A model generated the notes under the pieces. It was not told the origin of the DNA and made no database searches. It worked only from the letters and a program-made list of their open reading frames with translations. From the NCBI GenBank assembly GCA_035221665.1, contig CM069150.1:9362001-9426000 (forward strand): a DNA stretch of 64,000 bases, written 5' to 3'. The stretch is from Okamejei kenojei. Lineage: Eukaryota. A program made the translations under genes and the position numbers. How positions within the stretch are numbered: position 1 is the stretch's first letter; every line of letters begins with the position of its first letter. Shown here piece by piece: positions 37,962-48,706 of the stretch.

Positions 37962-39104
37962 CTAATTCATTACCTCCACCAATTAAAAGTGCAATTAAAA
38001 AAAACTCACACCATTAAATATTTTACCTTAAACATTTGAGTCAGCGTCTACATTATTATCTAGCGTTTTGTCCGTCGGATCTCCGTCACTCTGGCCGCTG
38101 TTGAGTTGCTGCTGGGCCGTCCCCTTCCAGGTGTCCCGTCCCTGTCCGGGGTGGCCCTGGGCAGGCAAGATGGGCAGCCGCCGGCCCTGCTCGAAGACGG
38201 GCGACTCGGAGCCGCTGCTGCTGGAGTCGTCCTGGTCGGAGAGACCGACCGCGGTCTCTCTCTCCGAGGCGCCCGTCTTCGAGCAGGGCCGGCCATGGGC
38301 AGGCCGGGCGTGCACTGGTGGTGGGGCTGGCAGCAGCAGCAGCAACCTCCTCCCCCTCCCTTGCCCAGCCCCAAGTCCGGGCCAGCTCCAACTCCAGGTC
38401 GGGGCTGAAGACCACCCGCAGAGCGGCACCGAGCCAGAGGCTGGCGCAGGTGAGGCCAGGGCCCTCGCTCCTCCTCGGGGTTGTGCATGAAGTGGCAGCG
38501 GGTAATGTTGGGGCAGCAGCTGGTGGTGTGCAAGCTACGGCTTGTACTTGGGGTGGCGACTGAGGGAGCGCAGCTCGGCCAGGCCGTGGGCGAACTGGCA
38601 TTCGTCGCCGTGGCGACCCATCGGGGAGCGGGTTCCTCTGGAGTTGGAGTGGGGTTGGGCTGGAGTTGGCGCTGGCTGTAGGTCTGTGGGTTCTGCCTGC
38701 GGGCCTGGGGCTGCTGGTTGCGTCGGGCGGGGCTGCTGGTTGGCCCGGCGGGAGAGGTGGAGGTGAGCCGCGGTGGGCCTGGGGCCCGGTGTCCCATCGG
38801 TCAGGACGTCTCCGGCCACTCCCCGGGCAGGGATGGGACACCCGAGTGGTGGGGGGGGGGGTGTAGGAAGACCAGGGACGGCCCAGTGGCGGTTCGGCAG
38901 CACTTGTAGCGTTGGGGACACGGGTTCATGCCGGTCCAGTCTCTCTCCCCCCCCCCCCCCCACTGAAAAAGACAAAATAAATCAGACCCAAACTAAACTC
39001 ACCGAATCTACAGCGTTTCGTTTGATTTTTATTTATAGCGTTCAACCTTTGACAAATCCCATGATTCCTTGCGTTTTTCGGAATACCGAACTCGCTTAAA
39101 ACTG
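37962..39104. mobile_element. Unclassified ~1.14 kb insertion carrying ZFP36-family fragments
   Basis: Interrupts the SINE; TGTTGTCA occurs at both junctions (37954-37961 and 39105-39112); AT-rich ends around a very GC-rich core. Confidence 0.55.
38166..38700 (-). pseudogene. Scrambled, frameshifted ZFP36/ZFP36L1/ZFP36L2 (TIS11/tristetraprolin family) fragments
   Basis: Across frames: HGDECQFAHGLAELRSLSRHPKYK (end of finger 1 plus linker), RSLHTTSCCPNITRCHFMHNPEEER (decayed finger 2, with TELC deleted and a frameshift) and LSDQDDSSSSGSESPVFEQGRRLPI (C-terminus up to the start of the CNOT1-binding RLPIF motif). Confidence 0.9.
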
Positions 39105-40074
39105 TGTTGTCATCTTTTGGATGAGGCCATAATTCAAGGCCCCCTTGCCTTCTAAGATGGACAATCAAAGAACCAATTGCAATATTTTTTCTAAATTACC
39201 ACAAGGAAACTTCCCTAGTGCCCAGGTTAATATTCATCACTCCTATCCCTTCACAAAACTGATCCCCTGGACATTCCTACTGCTGTTTATGGGCCTCTGC
39301 TGTAGCTAAAACACCTTGATTCAGACAACACAACCGCAGCCACAATCTCAGACGTTCTGATGGCAAACAGCTTAGGTCAACTTGGAAGTGTAAAGAAAGC
39401 TAAATAGATTCTGCCATTCACGCATCCAGAATTCACATACAACCAGCAAAAATGTAAGAATATTAAACATTCAACAATTTTTCCCCAAAAATGCTCATTT
39501 CAATTCTGCGATTTTGTTTATGTACTGCTTCCTGTCACCCTAGAGCACAGAGCTGCGGAAGCCAGCCAGGCCAGGCGGTGTGTAATAGTCTACATGTCGC
39601 CTACGCATGGTGGGTTTATTTTTATGAAAACAAGGACAAATAGTGAATCTTATCTCAAGTGGTATGCAAATTTAAAAAGACATTTTGGGCTTATTTAAGT
39701 TTCTATACAAGGCAGTGCAGTTATATGCTGATTAACAACAACATTCTCTGAAGACGTGTCACTTCATGAGACAATGAGCCGGTAATTTGATTTTTGCTGT
39801 GTTTTACATTAATACTGTTTAGCTTTAAAGTATCAAATTGCAGTGCAGGATGTATTTAAACGAGCAAGGAGGTGGCATGCAGTTTGGCAATGTACTTGAA
39901 GGGTTGCGCACAGAATACACGTGGTGATGTACAGAAATGAATTTATTGACCCATTCACATGTAACCAGTACCTTCCCCCTCATTCTCCTGTTGACTGAGA
40001 GTTTACAGTAGATTGCAGTTCGAATCACCCCACCAGAGGATGGATGTGACTGCACTGGAGTGACGGCTACTTGG

Positions 40075-40500
40075 GATGGAGTGTTTCACCTACAAGGAGA
40101 GACTAGACAGACTGGGTTTGTTTTCCCTGAAGCGCAGGAGGCTATGGGGGAGAACTGCCAGAGGATTACAAAATTAGGAGGATAGGGCAGATAATAAAAT
40201 CATTTTCCCCCACTGTGGCAGTGTCTGTCTAAGACAAGAGAGCGAGTTTAAGGTGAAAGGTAGGAGGGTTTGAGGTGATCTGAGGGGGGAATACTTTCAC
40301 CCAGAGAGCAGTTGCAATCGAGGAAGTACTGCCAGAGGGGTTGGAGCAGGCAGACACCTTAACATTTATGCAGCATTTGAACAAATACTTAGTTACGGCA
40401 AAGGCGGCTGGAGACCCAATGTGGGTGAATGTGATCACAATGGACAGGTACAATGGATGGTGTGGACATGGTGGGCAGAAGGGCCCATTTCTGAGCTGCA
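40075..40500 (+). mobile_element. Old CR1 LINE 3' fragment
   Basis: ggagagactagacagactgggtttgttttccctgaagcgcaggaggct...tttaaggtgaaagg...ctttcacccagagag...gggcagaagggcccatttctg. Confidence 0.6.
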
Positions 40501-40964
40501 CAACCCTTTGACAAGTCCTCATTTTCCCCACATACCTACTTTCCTGTGGGGCGAACAGCGGTGGCTCAGGACAAAACTACCTGGCCAGTAATCTCGCTGT
40601 CTATTATGTACGCATCCCACCCATGGCACTTCAGCCGAGGAGCAGTGAGCAGCCCCTACATTTTACAATGTTAAAGACAAAGGGCCGCAAAGGCTCACTG
40701 CTGCGCCATAGAATGCTCTAGGAAAAGGATTAGCAGTAAACTATAGGGGGACCCTGGTACATAGACGACTCATCCTTCACCTTTCTCAGCGATGCCTTCA
40801 CAGTCCAAACATTCTGACTTTTAATCTCTGGACAATTGCTGTTCGCAGCAAGGTGATATCTCAGGCATTCAGTCAATGTGACAAGCTGCACCTGGCTCAG
40901 ACCGCTTGCGACATTGGAAGGCGATATACAAGTGGATAAAAATTCACACGGTCACAATTATAGG

Positions 40965-41250
40965 AGACGAATTAGGCCACTTGGCCCATCGTCCACTCAA
41001 TCATGGTTGATCTCTGCCTCCGAATTAGTCTTTCTCCATCTTAAAAATAGCCACCGACTTGGCCTCCACAGCCCTCTGTGGCAATGAGTCCCGTCGATTA
41101 ATTACCCTCCGACTAAAGAAGTTCCTCCTCACCTCCTTTCTAAAAGTGCGCCCTTTAATTCTCAGGGTATGACCTCTGGTCCTAGACGCTTCCAACAGTG
41201 GAAACATTCTCTCCACATCCACTCTATCTATACCTTTCATTACTCTGTAA
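40965..41250 (-). mobile_element. CR1 LINE 3' fragment
   Basis: Minus ORF ELYRVMKGIDRVDVERMFPLLEASRTRGHTLRIKGRTFRKEVRRNFFSRRVIN..SLPQRAVEA is the CR1 ORF2 C-terminus. Confidence 0.9.
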
Positions 41251-41753
41251 AGTTCCAAACTTAGCATTACATCTCTGTTCCATATAATTATATAGAATCT
41301 AACATTTTATATAAACTATTCGAAAGACAGCAGTGAGAAGGCATTCCTGCTTGCAGACAGAGGAGACAACCACCATTTAGTCTTGCTCCGCTGCAAGGTG
41401 ACCTTCCTCCCATTTCTCCATCAACGCCACAAACAAAACCCAGACTCGTCCTCCCAGATGTAATTGTCACCACAGATTAAGTTGTTTTTCCTCTCTGAAT
41501 ATCTGCAGGAAAATACCTCCCTCTTGTAAAATTCTGCTTGCTCATCTAAATGCTGAACCCTATTAGAGGAGGTGGGGGTGGGGGGTGAGGGTTTTTTTTT
41601 TTTAAAACACAAGGGCGAGCAGACACGCACACTCAAACACAAAAGGTGCAGCGGGAGAATGAGTGACAGAGTCACTCAATGAGCAAAATCGACTGGGTTT
41701 CCTTCTCGACAAATTAATCAACAGAAGGGTAAAACCTGCAGAACCTGCATCAT

Positions 41754-41761
41754 GTCTAGAC
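41754..41761. promoter_or_regulatory. Palindromic SMAD-binding element GTCTAGAC (candidate)
   Basis: Exact SMAD3/4 palindrome in apparently non-repetitive sequence near a known TGF-beta target gene. Function is untested. Confidence 0.3.
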
Positions 41762-42032
41762 AGTCGTAACAAAGAACAGATAAAGCACTCGGGCAAGCGG
41801 AGGCTGCAGTTCTCTCATTAACATGCGGGAGCTGCATTTATGCCATTTCAGCTGCAGAAATGTAAAAGGTACTTTGTGTGTAAAAATAAATTTTTAAAAA
41901 AATCAGTGCTCGTCCTTAAGTTTGGCTCCGAGGGTGCTGCCTGTGTCAGGGCTGATTTGGCTGATACTTTCACATCTTTCCTCGGAGAGAAAAATATAAA
42001 GTCAGCATATAAATCAGCTCCGGGGGAGTGCT

Positions 42033-42185
42033 GTGGGTATGGTACAAAATGCCAGACAGCACAACTCCTGTGCAAGGGCACAAATCATTACACCCTCTTG
42101 CGCGCACACACGCGCACGCATGTGTGTGTATCATTTGTGTCCTTGCACAGGAATTGTGCTGTCTGGCATTTTGTACCATACCCAC
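42033..42185. repeat. Long inverted repeat (~60-bp arms)
   Basis: gtgggtatggtacaaaatgccagacagcacaactcctgtgcaagggcacaaat paired with atttgtgtccttgcacaggaattgtgctgtctggcattttgtaccatacccac. Confidence 0.95.
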
Positions 42186-42187
42186 GG

Positions 42188-42189
42188 CA

Positions 42190-42223
<34 letters not shown>
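42188..42223. repeat. (CA)n microsatellite
   Basis: Visible run. Confidence 0.95.
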
Positions 42224-42226
<3 letters not shown>

Positions 42227-42227
<1 letters not shown>

Positions 42228-42858
42228 GGCCCCGTCCCACTTGCGTGTCCTTGGCTCGCAAATTACGTGGTTGTGTCGAGGCATACGGGCATCGTGTGGC
42301 CGGTCCCGCTGAGAAGCGCGGAGGGGTATGGAGTTGTGCGAGGTATTACGCGGCGCTCTGAAATTTTGTAGCAAACTAAATCTTTGCGCGCCACCGGCCC
42401 GTCGCGTAACTGACGGCCAAAGTGGGACAGGCCCAAGACCCTGGCGCGACGCAACGTCTCACCTCCAAGCAGCAGCAGAAGCAGGCAAACGATCGCCGAG
42501 CTCAGTATGGGGCTCACGGCCGTTGCGGATCCGGATCCGGATCCGCCCCCACTTCTACTCCCAGAGCGGGGCCAAGAAAATTGAAGATAGACACAAAATG
42601 CTGGAGTAACTCAGCGGGACTGGCAGCATCTCTGGAGCGAAGGAATGGATGACGTTTCGGGTCAAGACCCTTCTTTCAGACTGACTGCCCGCTGAGTTAC
42701 TCCTGCATTTTGTGTCCATCTTCAAATGACGTCACGCGCTCCAGAAGGTTGTGTGGGCGCATGAAGTCACCCGCGACCTTCGCGGAACCGTTGCGGCTCA
42801 ACGCAACCACAAGGTCACGTAATTAGCATGCCAAGGACACGCAAGTGGGACAGGGGCT
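42227..42858. mobile_element. PIF/Harbinger-like non-autonomous element with a nested Penelope-derived palindrome (about 42586-42723)
   Basis: 29-bp TIR aggccccgtcccacttgcgtgtccttggc / gccaaggacacgcaagtgggacaggggct; TAA at 42224-42226 and 42859-42861. Confidence 0.8.
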
Positions 42859-43107
42859 TAACTTATGTTGGCAGACAAGATGCGACCATCAAAATCCAGG
42901 ACTTCCAATTGGAAACAATCCCACGGGTGGGTTTGGGAACTACAGCATTCATTTAAATAGTGCCTTTAACCTTGCAACCAAGCTGACTTACTGCAGAATT
43001 ATCAAACAAGGTTACACCAAGCCACATCGCCACACATTAACTCAAGCAACCAAAGGGTTGGTCAAATAAAACAGGTCAAGAAGCAGTTCAAAATATGTAA
43101 GAAAAAA

Positions 43108-43320
43108 CTATAGATGCTGGTTTAAATCGAAGGTAGACACAAAATGCTGGAGTAACTCAGTGGGGCAGGCAGCATCTCTGGGTGTCGTGCGCAAGAATGG
43201 GTGACGTTTCGGGTCGAGACCCTTCTTCAGACCGATGGTTCTCTACCCGAAACTTCACCCATTCCTTCTCTCCAGAGATGCTGCCTATCCCGCTGAGTTA
43301 CTCCAGCATTTTGTGTCTAC
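43108..43320. mobile_element. Palindromic Penelope-derived mini-element with an intact minus-strand hammerhead core (43203-43230)
   Basis: gtagacacaaaatgctggagtaactcag paired with ctgagttactccagcattttgtgtctac; core gacgtttcgggtcgagacccttcttcag. Confidence 0.85.
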
Positions 43321-43604
43321 CAGCATTTAAAAATAGATGGGGAGATTACTCTGCAGGTGTATATGGAGTGGGGTGACACGGACAGGTTGCTGCCAAGAGT
43401 CAATGTACAGAAACACCCTATCCTCAATGTTTAGATTACAGGTGTAATAAAGTACAGGGCTTACAAAATATTAACACTTTTGTTTTAACCTGCAAGATCA
43501 ACCAAAGTGGAGTTGTACTTAAGACAAAGTCAACAGGAATATTTCCCAATGAAAGGTTTTACTGGAAGCCAACTATGCTTGTTATGCAAAAATCATGCTC
43601 CTTA

Positions 43605-43854
43605 AGGGCCTGTCCCACTTTCTCCGCAGTTTTTTCGGTGACTTGCCAGCACCCATCATGGTCGCAGCAGGTCACTGAAAATGGTCAACCTGTCGCGGGG
43701 TGACGCCGTTTGTCGTGAGCAGTCACCCAAAGAGCCGTACCTTTTTCTGCTCGCCGCTGGATTTTCAACATGTTGAACATTTTCGCCAACCTGCTGCGAC
43801 TATGACGGGTGCCGGCAGTCGGCGAAAATAAATCGCGTAAGTGGGACGGGCCTT
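43605..43854. mobile_element. Harbinger-like foldback MITE
   Basis: TIR agggcctgtcccactt / aagtgggacgggcctt, preceded by TTA; interior homologous to 56753-57024. Confidence 0.8.
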
Positions 43855-46800
43855 CAACAAATGCACGTGAAAGAAATCCGATCCAGAAATAGGAAAGGCT
43901 CAACTAATAGCAAAAGTCCAGAGTAAAGTCCCCACCAAGGAAGAAAATTTAACGGTGAAAGTGACAGTGAAGATCTCCACAAGTGATTTACAAGCCTGGT
44001 GAATGGAGAAAGGGGAAGTTAGAGAAGCTCGTGACATGCAGAAGTTCAGTACGAGCACACCACGTCAACAAGGTCAGTTGGTTTAAAACGTAGTGGATTC
44101 CAACATACTACATCGGAACAGTGTTTTAACTCCCAGTGACAGTCCGTTTCATCGAGAAATAAAAATCTTAAAGTATTTATTTAGGTGATGACCATTGTTT
44201 TTTTTGTTCTTTACAAGTGCCCAGGGCTTACTTCGAAGGGACCAGATGCCATTGGGAGCACTGCAGGACAATGTGAAGGTGCAGTAGTCAAGCACTTTGG
44301 CAGCCTAGAGCTTTCTTGTCACTTCACGCTGGGTATATCACCGATTTGCTGTTTTGCTCCTCAATTCAATGCTGCCTTTCTCCATCTGTTCCTACTCTGT
44401 AACTAACATTAGTCATACTCACCTTTCTCCACAAGGAAAGCAGCACTTGGAAAGTGGCAAGTCTCGTTCTGCTAAATTGTTAAACCAACCAAGTGCCCAA
44501 CGGTTCGTGAGAAATAATGATTAGAAATCCCCGCAGAATATAATTGGACAGAACATTCCTCCCCACCCCCCAGTAGAATTATAACATGTAAAAGACAATT
44601 GATAAATGGATCAGGAGAAATAGGATAGAGTGGACAATTTCTACTTTACTCAAATAGGCAATAGTTCCAGAATCGTGCTACTGGTTGACTCAAGTTTAAT
44701 GAAAGGTTCCCACAAGAAACAAGATGATGAACATAGCAAACAGTGACATAATGAGAGAGTGCTACCAATACTCAGCAGGGTGGTCAGTGTCCATGGAGGG
44801 GGAAGCAAGGTTGACAATTCACAAGGACTGGGAACATTTTGAAAACAATACAGGTTTTAGGTTGCCAAGAAAGATTGTGGGCAAGCGTTTGCTGCCAATG
44901 CGTGCCCTGTCTTTGGCGGAGAGAATCCATTCCAAAAGAGGCCTGAGGGGTTCTGGAAATCGCTGCCTTAAAATGAATCACCCCCCCCCCCCCATGTTTG
45001 AACACAAAGATGTGTGTTCACATGCCACTACACTTGGTCACAGACCAATAACTGGGGACTAAAGATTAGGCAGGAGGGCTTGCTTAGGGCCAGCATGGCT
45101 TCAACAGCTCAATGGCCTCCGTGTGGGTAGTTCATTTTACAGCATTAAACCTCTTGGATTTTAAAAGACGGATTTATAAAATCCAGCTGAAAAAACATTA
45201 AAATCAGAAGTCACCAGAAAGTGACACATATGCTTATCCAACTTATGAAAACACAGCTGGCTCAGTAACCACCCCCTACTGCTGTCCAGAGCTGAAGACA
45301 CTCTTCCTCAAAGAGGCTCTAATCCCTGAAGTGCTCATTGGCACGGACAGCTTCACATTAAGGGCAGCGGGCTCACTAGGGAGCAGTTTTGTCACTGCAG
45401 TAATGCTACTTTATTTAAAAGGTAGTAGAGCGTTTGATCTCTCCTTTCCCTCACGACCCAACTGCAAATGGCTTGGAACCTGCTGAGTTGTGAGAGAAAT
45501 GGAGCCGTCACCAGCTGGATGGTGATGGGGGGGGAAATGGAGGGCGTGCTGGTGAGAGTGTGCCTCCATCACACGGACAAATGAACATTGATGTCTTTTT
45601 CCTTAGAGGGAGGCCACTCTGGGCGTTGTCCATGTACTAGCCCCACAGTGTGCTCTTCAGAAGATTCCGCAGCATTGCTTCTCATACCATTTGCCCCCCA
45701 GTTCCATCTTGGAGTGTGGCGTGATCATTTTTAGCAGCATTTTGATTCCAAAATCTCAACACTGCAAATGTTCTTCCAGCCTCCACACAAAAATGAATGT
45801 TCCTTGTAACAGATTCATAAACCAGTAGAAATTATCTCCTATTTACCTTCAACTGTATTTGGAGGGTTTTTACAAAACACACTCGGTCTCCTTTGTTGCA
45901 GCAACACGTGCATTATTTGAGGCTGATGTTTATCCTTGGGGACTGTAAGCTGCTCATCCACTTAGATAGCTCTTTTAGAGAGCTCCAAGTGGCCTTCTGT
46001 GCAAAGACTATTTTACAATTCTACATTCCCACAATATACACACACTTGCATCTTACTTGCAAAATAAACAGATCGGCAGCGAGGAGAAAAAACCAAAGTT
46101 AAACTTCAGCGACCAAGAATCTTTTAACAAGAGAGGGCGGTTGAACACAAGCTCACAGCTCAGAATATAGACATCACAAGGTACTCAGTGGGCAAGTAAT
46201 TAGTATTGCATTGCCATCAAAATGAGTGTCAGAAAACACAGATGTTTTTGCGCAGATCACTTCCTCAACCTACACTAAATCTTGAGGGCAGGACATGCAG
46301 GGTTGCATTCTGGTTCTCTGAAGAGATTGTCCTCCAAGGAGTATTCAACTTTTGAGCGGGAATACACGAGGGATATATTGGCAGATCGCCAGGTCGTGCA
46401 GACCTTGGTTTGCCCTCAAACTGTAAAGCTACTCTAAGCTTTTTTTAAAATTTATTTTATTATATTCAGTCACCATTCAATCTTTACTACAAGATCAAAT
46501 AGCTTGGTTCCTTCCTTAGCCCATCTGTGCACACAGAATTGGCAACACAAGGTGGCCCAACCAACCTCATACAATCTCTCTCTTTGAAGTCTGCTTTTTC
46601 ATTATTTATCCATTATACTTTTAAATAAACCGGCAGTAATATAGGCTGCAATTATCTGACATGGGTCATAAATGGAAACCAAGGATGAGAAAGCCATGAA
46701 ATATTCACTAAACCCATTGATAGTGGCCAGTTGAGGGGATCTCTGGATTAACTGGGGCATGAAGTGGCTTGCTTGGTTTTTCCAAGGGAGTGTAACTCTG

Positions 46801-47080
46801 ATGAGCAATGGTAATAAAATCCAGTAAAGCTAGGAGGAACCACAGGTCAATGCTTCACAGCAACAGGCTTGTCGGTAATCACATCGGAAAATCCAGTTAA
46901 TTGCAAAAAAACTTTGATGATCAGCTTTGGCAGGTTCAGGCAAATATGATAAGGATGTTTCTCACCTTACTTCAGTTCACAAAGTAAATTGTACATGTTA
47001 CTCCAGAAATGTTGCCTGACCTACTGAGGTACTCCCTCTGTGTACTTATACCACCAAAGCCAGGAATGGCACATCCTTAT

Positions 47081-47140
47081 AGTCCTGTCCCACGGTACGA
47101 GTTCAACTCTTGGAATGAACTCGTACCGTGGGACAGGGAT
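47081..47140. mobile_element. Tiny (~60 bp) Harbinger-like palindromic remnant
   Basis: Perfect 22-bp inverted repeat cctgtcccacggtacgagttca (47084-47105) and tgaactcgtaccgtgggacagg (47116-47137); shares the cctgtcccac TIR motif. Confidence 0.6.
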
Positions 47141-47394
47141 TTAATACAACCTTTGCGACTCAGTGGTATCGATCATGGAGTCCAGAAGTACTATAGAAAC
47201 TTGGCAGCTGATACAGCAGCAGTGGGAAGATAATTGGGCAGAGGCTTAAGGTGAGCGCTGACATATTTCAAAGGAACCCAAGGGGCAACCTTTTCCACAC
47301 AGAGGGTGGTGGGGATATGGAATAAGGAGTTGAGGCAGGAATAATTACAACATTTGAGGGATATTTGGACAGGTACATGGATAGGAAAGGGTCA

Positions 47395-48457
47395 TTCAGC
47401 TCCGCCTTTAACACTGTCATACCCGCTAGCTTGATCACCAAACTCAGCGGTCTTGGCATCTCCACTTCCCTCTGCAACTGGATACTGGACTTCCTCACTA
47501 ACAGACCACAGTTAGTCCTGGTCTGTTAGTGAGGAAGTCCAGGTCCCTCAACACCTCCAAGCTGATCAAAAAGGCGCAGCAGCGCCTTTACTTCCTGAGG
47601 AGGCTCAAAAAAGCCCACCTGTCCCACCTGATCCTGACCAACTTCTACCGATGCACCATTGAAAGCATCCTGACCACCTGCTTTACGGTATGGTACAGCA
47701 GTTGCACCGTAGCAGACAGGAAGGCACTACAACGGGTGGTGAAAACCGCCCAGCACATCATCTGTGCCCCGCTCCCTGCCATGGATGCCCTCCACCGAAA
47801 ACGGTGTCTGAGACGCAGAGATGCCAACCCTAAATTTAGTTCACAGTAACATTCAACCCATTTGTCCGTAACAAATGGGGGTAAATGCATTTCTCTCCCC
47901 TGGTGCAGATGCGCAGTGCGGCACTAGCGAGGCTGGCGGCAAGAAACGTCGCCGTGTCGCTGATCGCGCGGGCCGGCGCCGCCCGGGCTCTGGGCCGGGT
48001 GTGGCTGCAAGCTGGCAAACCGGGGGCACATGGCGCCGGCGTTCACCACGGGAGGAACACCGGCGCGGCGGTGTTCCGTAACAACACGTTTGGCTGCCGG
48101 AACACCGTAATATGGTCGCCGGGACAAAAATACGGCGAATCCGGGACACTTGGCACCTCTGGAGACGGGCTGGGAAGAACATCAAGGACCCCTCCCACCC
48201 TAACCATGGACTGTTTGCCCTCCTACCATCGGGGAGGCAGTACAGGAGCCTCAGGTCCCGCACCAGCAGGATGAGGAGTAGCTTCTATAATAACACCATC
48301 GCACTGCTGAATTCAGAGTCCCGCCGATAGATTTCCACACCTGTATTTATTTATCTGTATTTACCTATATATTGCTATCACTTCATACTGTCACTAAACT
48401 GCATTTCGTTGTACCCATACTTGTATCTGTGCAATGACATTAAAGTTGAATTGAATT
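47395..48457 (+). mobile_element. Rex1/Babar-like LINE 3' portion (internally deleted, interrupted by a MITE)
   Basis: [30 protein letters not shown]; KKAQQRLYFLRRLKK..FYRCTIESILT..WY..KALQRVVKTAQHI; DPSHPNHGLFALLPSGRQYRS..SF; tail attaaagttgaattgaatt. Confidence 0.9.
47816..48161. mobile_element. hAT-like MITE nested in the Rex1 element
   Basis: TIR cagagatgccaa / ttggcacctctg; gagacg duplicated at 47810-47815 and 48162-48167. Removing the element restores the Rex1 frame RCLRRAGKN. Confidence 0.85.
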
Positions 48458-48706
48458 AGAGTAGAGGGTCATTCCCTCTACACTATATGACTGACTGTAA
48501 CAGGACACTATATCAATCTTAAACATTTATCTATTTCTTTCCCAGCTGGTGCTCCCTGCACGACAGAGTACCCCAGCATTTTTCACTTTCATTTCAGATT
48601 TCCTGCAATTTCATGAAATCTTTTTGGGAGTTCAGGAAGCAAAGAACAACTCGATGCTTGGCGAAAAAATCAGAACAGACACTGATGCACTCTTCACTCT
48701 CATGAG

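Larger units (their letters stand above)
37870..39410 (+). mobile_element. Ancient Deu-domain SINE split by the 37962-39104 insertion
   Basis: The 5' half (cccattccagagatttcagca...aagggattgttgtca) and 3' half (tcttttggatgagg...ggccccc...gatggac...ccctagtgcccaggttaatattcatc...ctgctgtttatggg) follow the Deu-SINE consensus as I recall it. Confidence 0.55.

Noticed and set aside
38060-38975. Overlapping 140-250 aa ORFs as a functional ZFP36 gene
   Set aside because: Homology is split over several frames, both fingers lack zinc ligands, and the CNOT1 motif is truncated. The long ORFs reflect high GC content.
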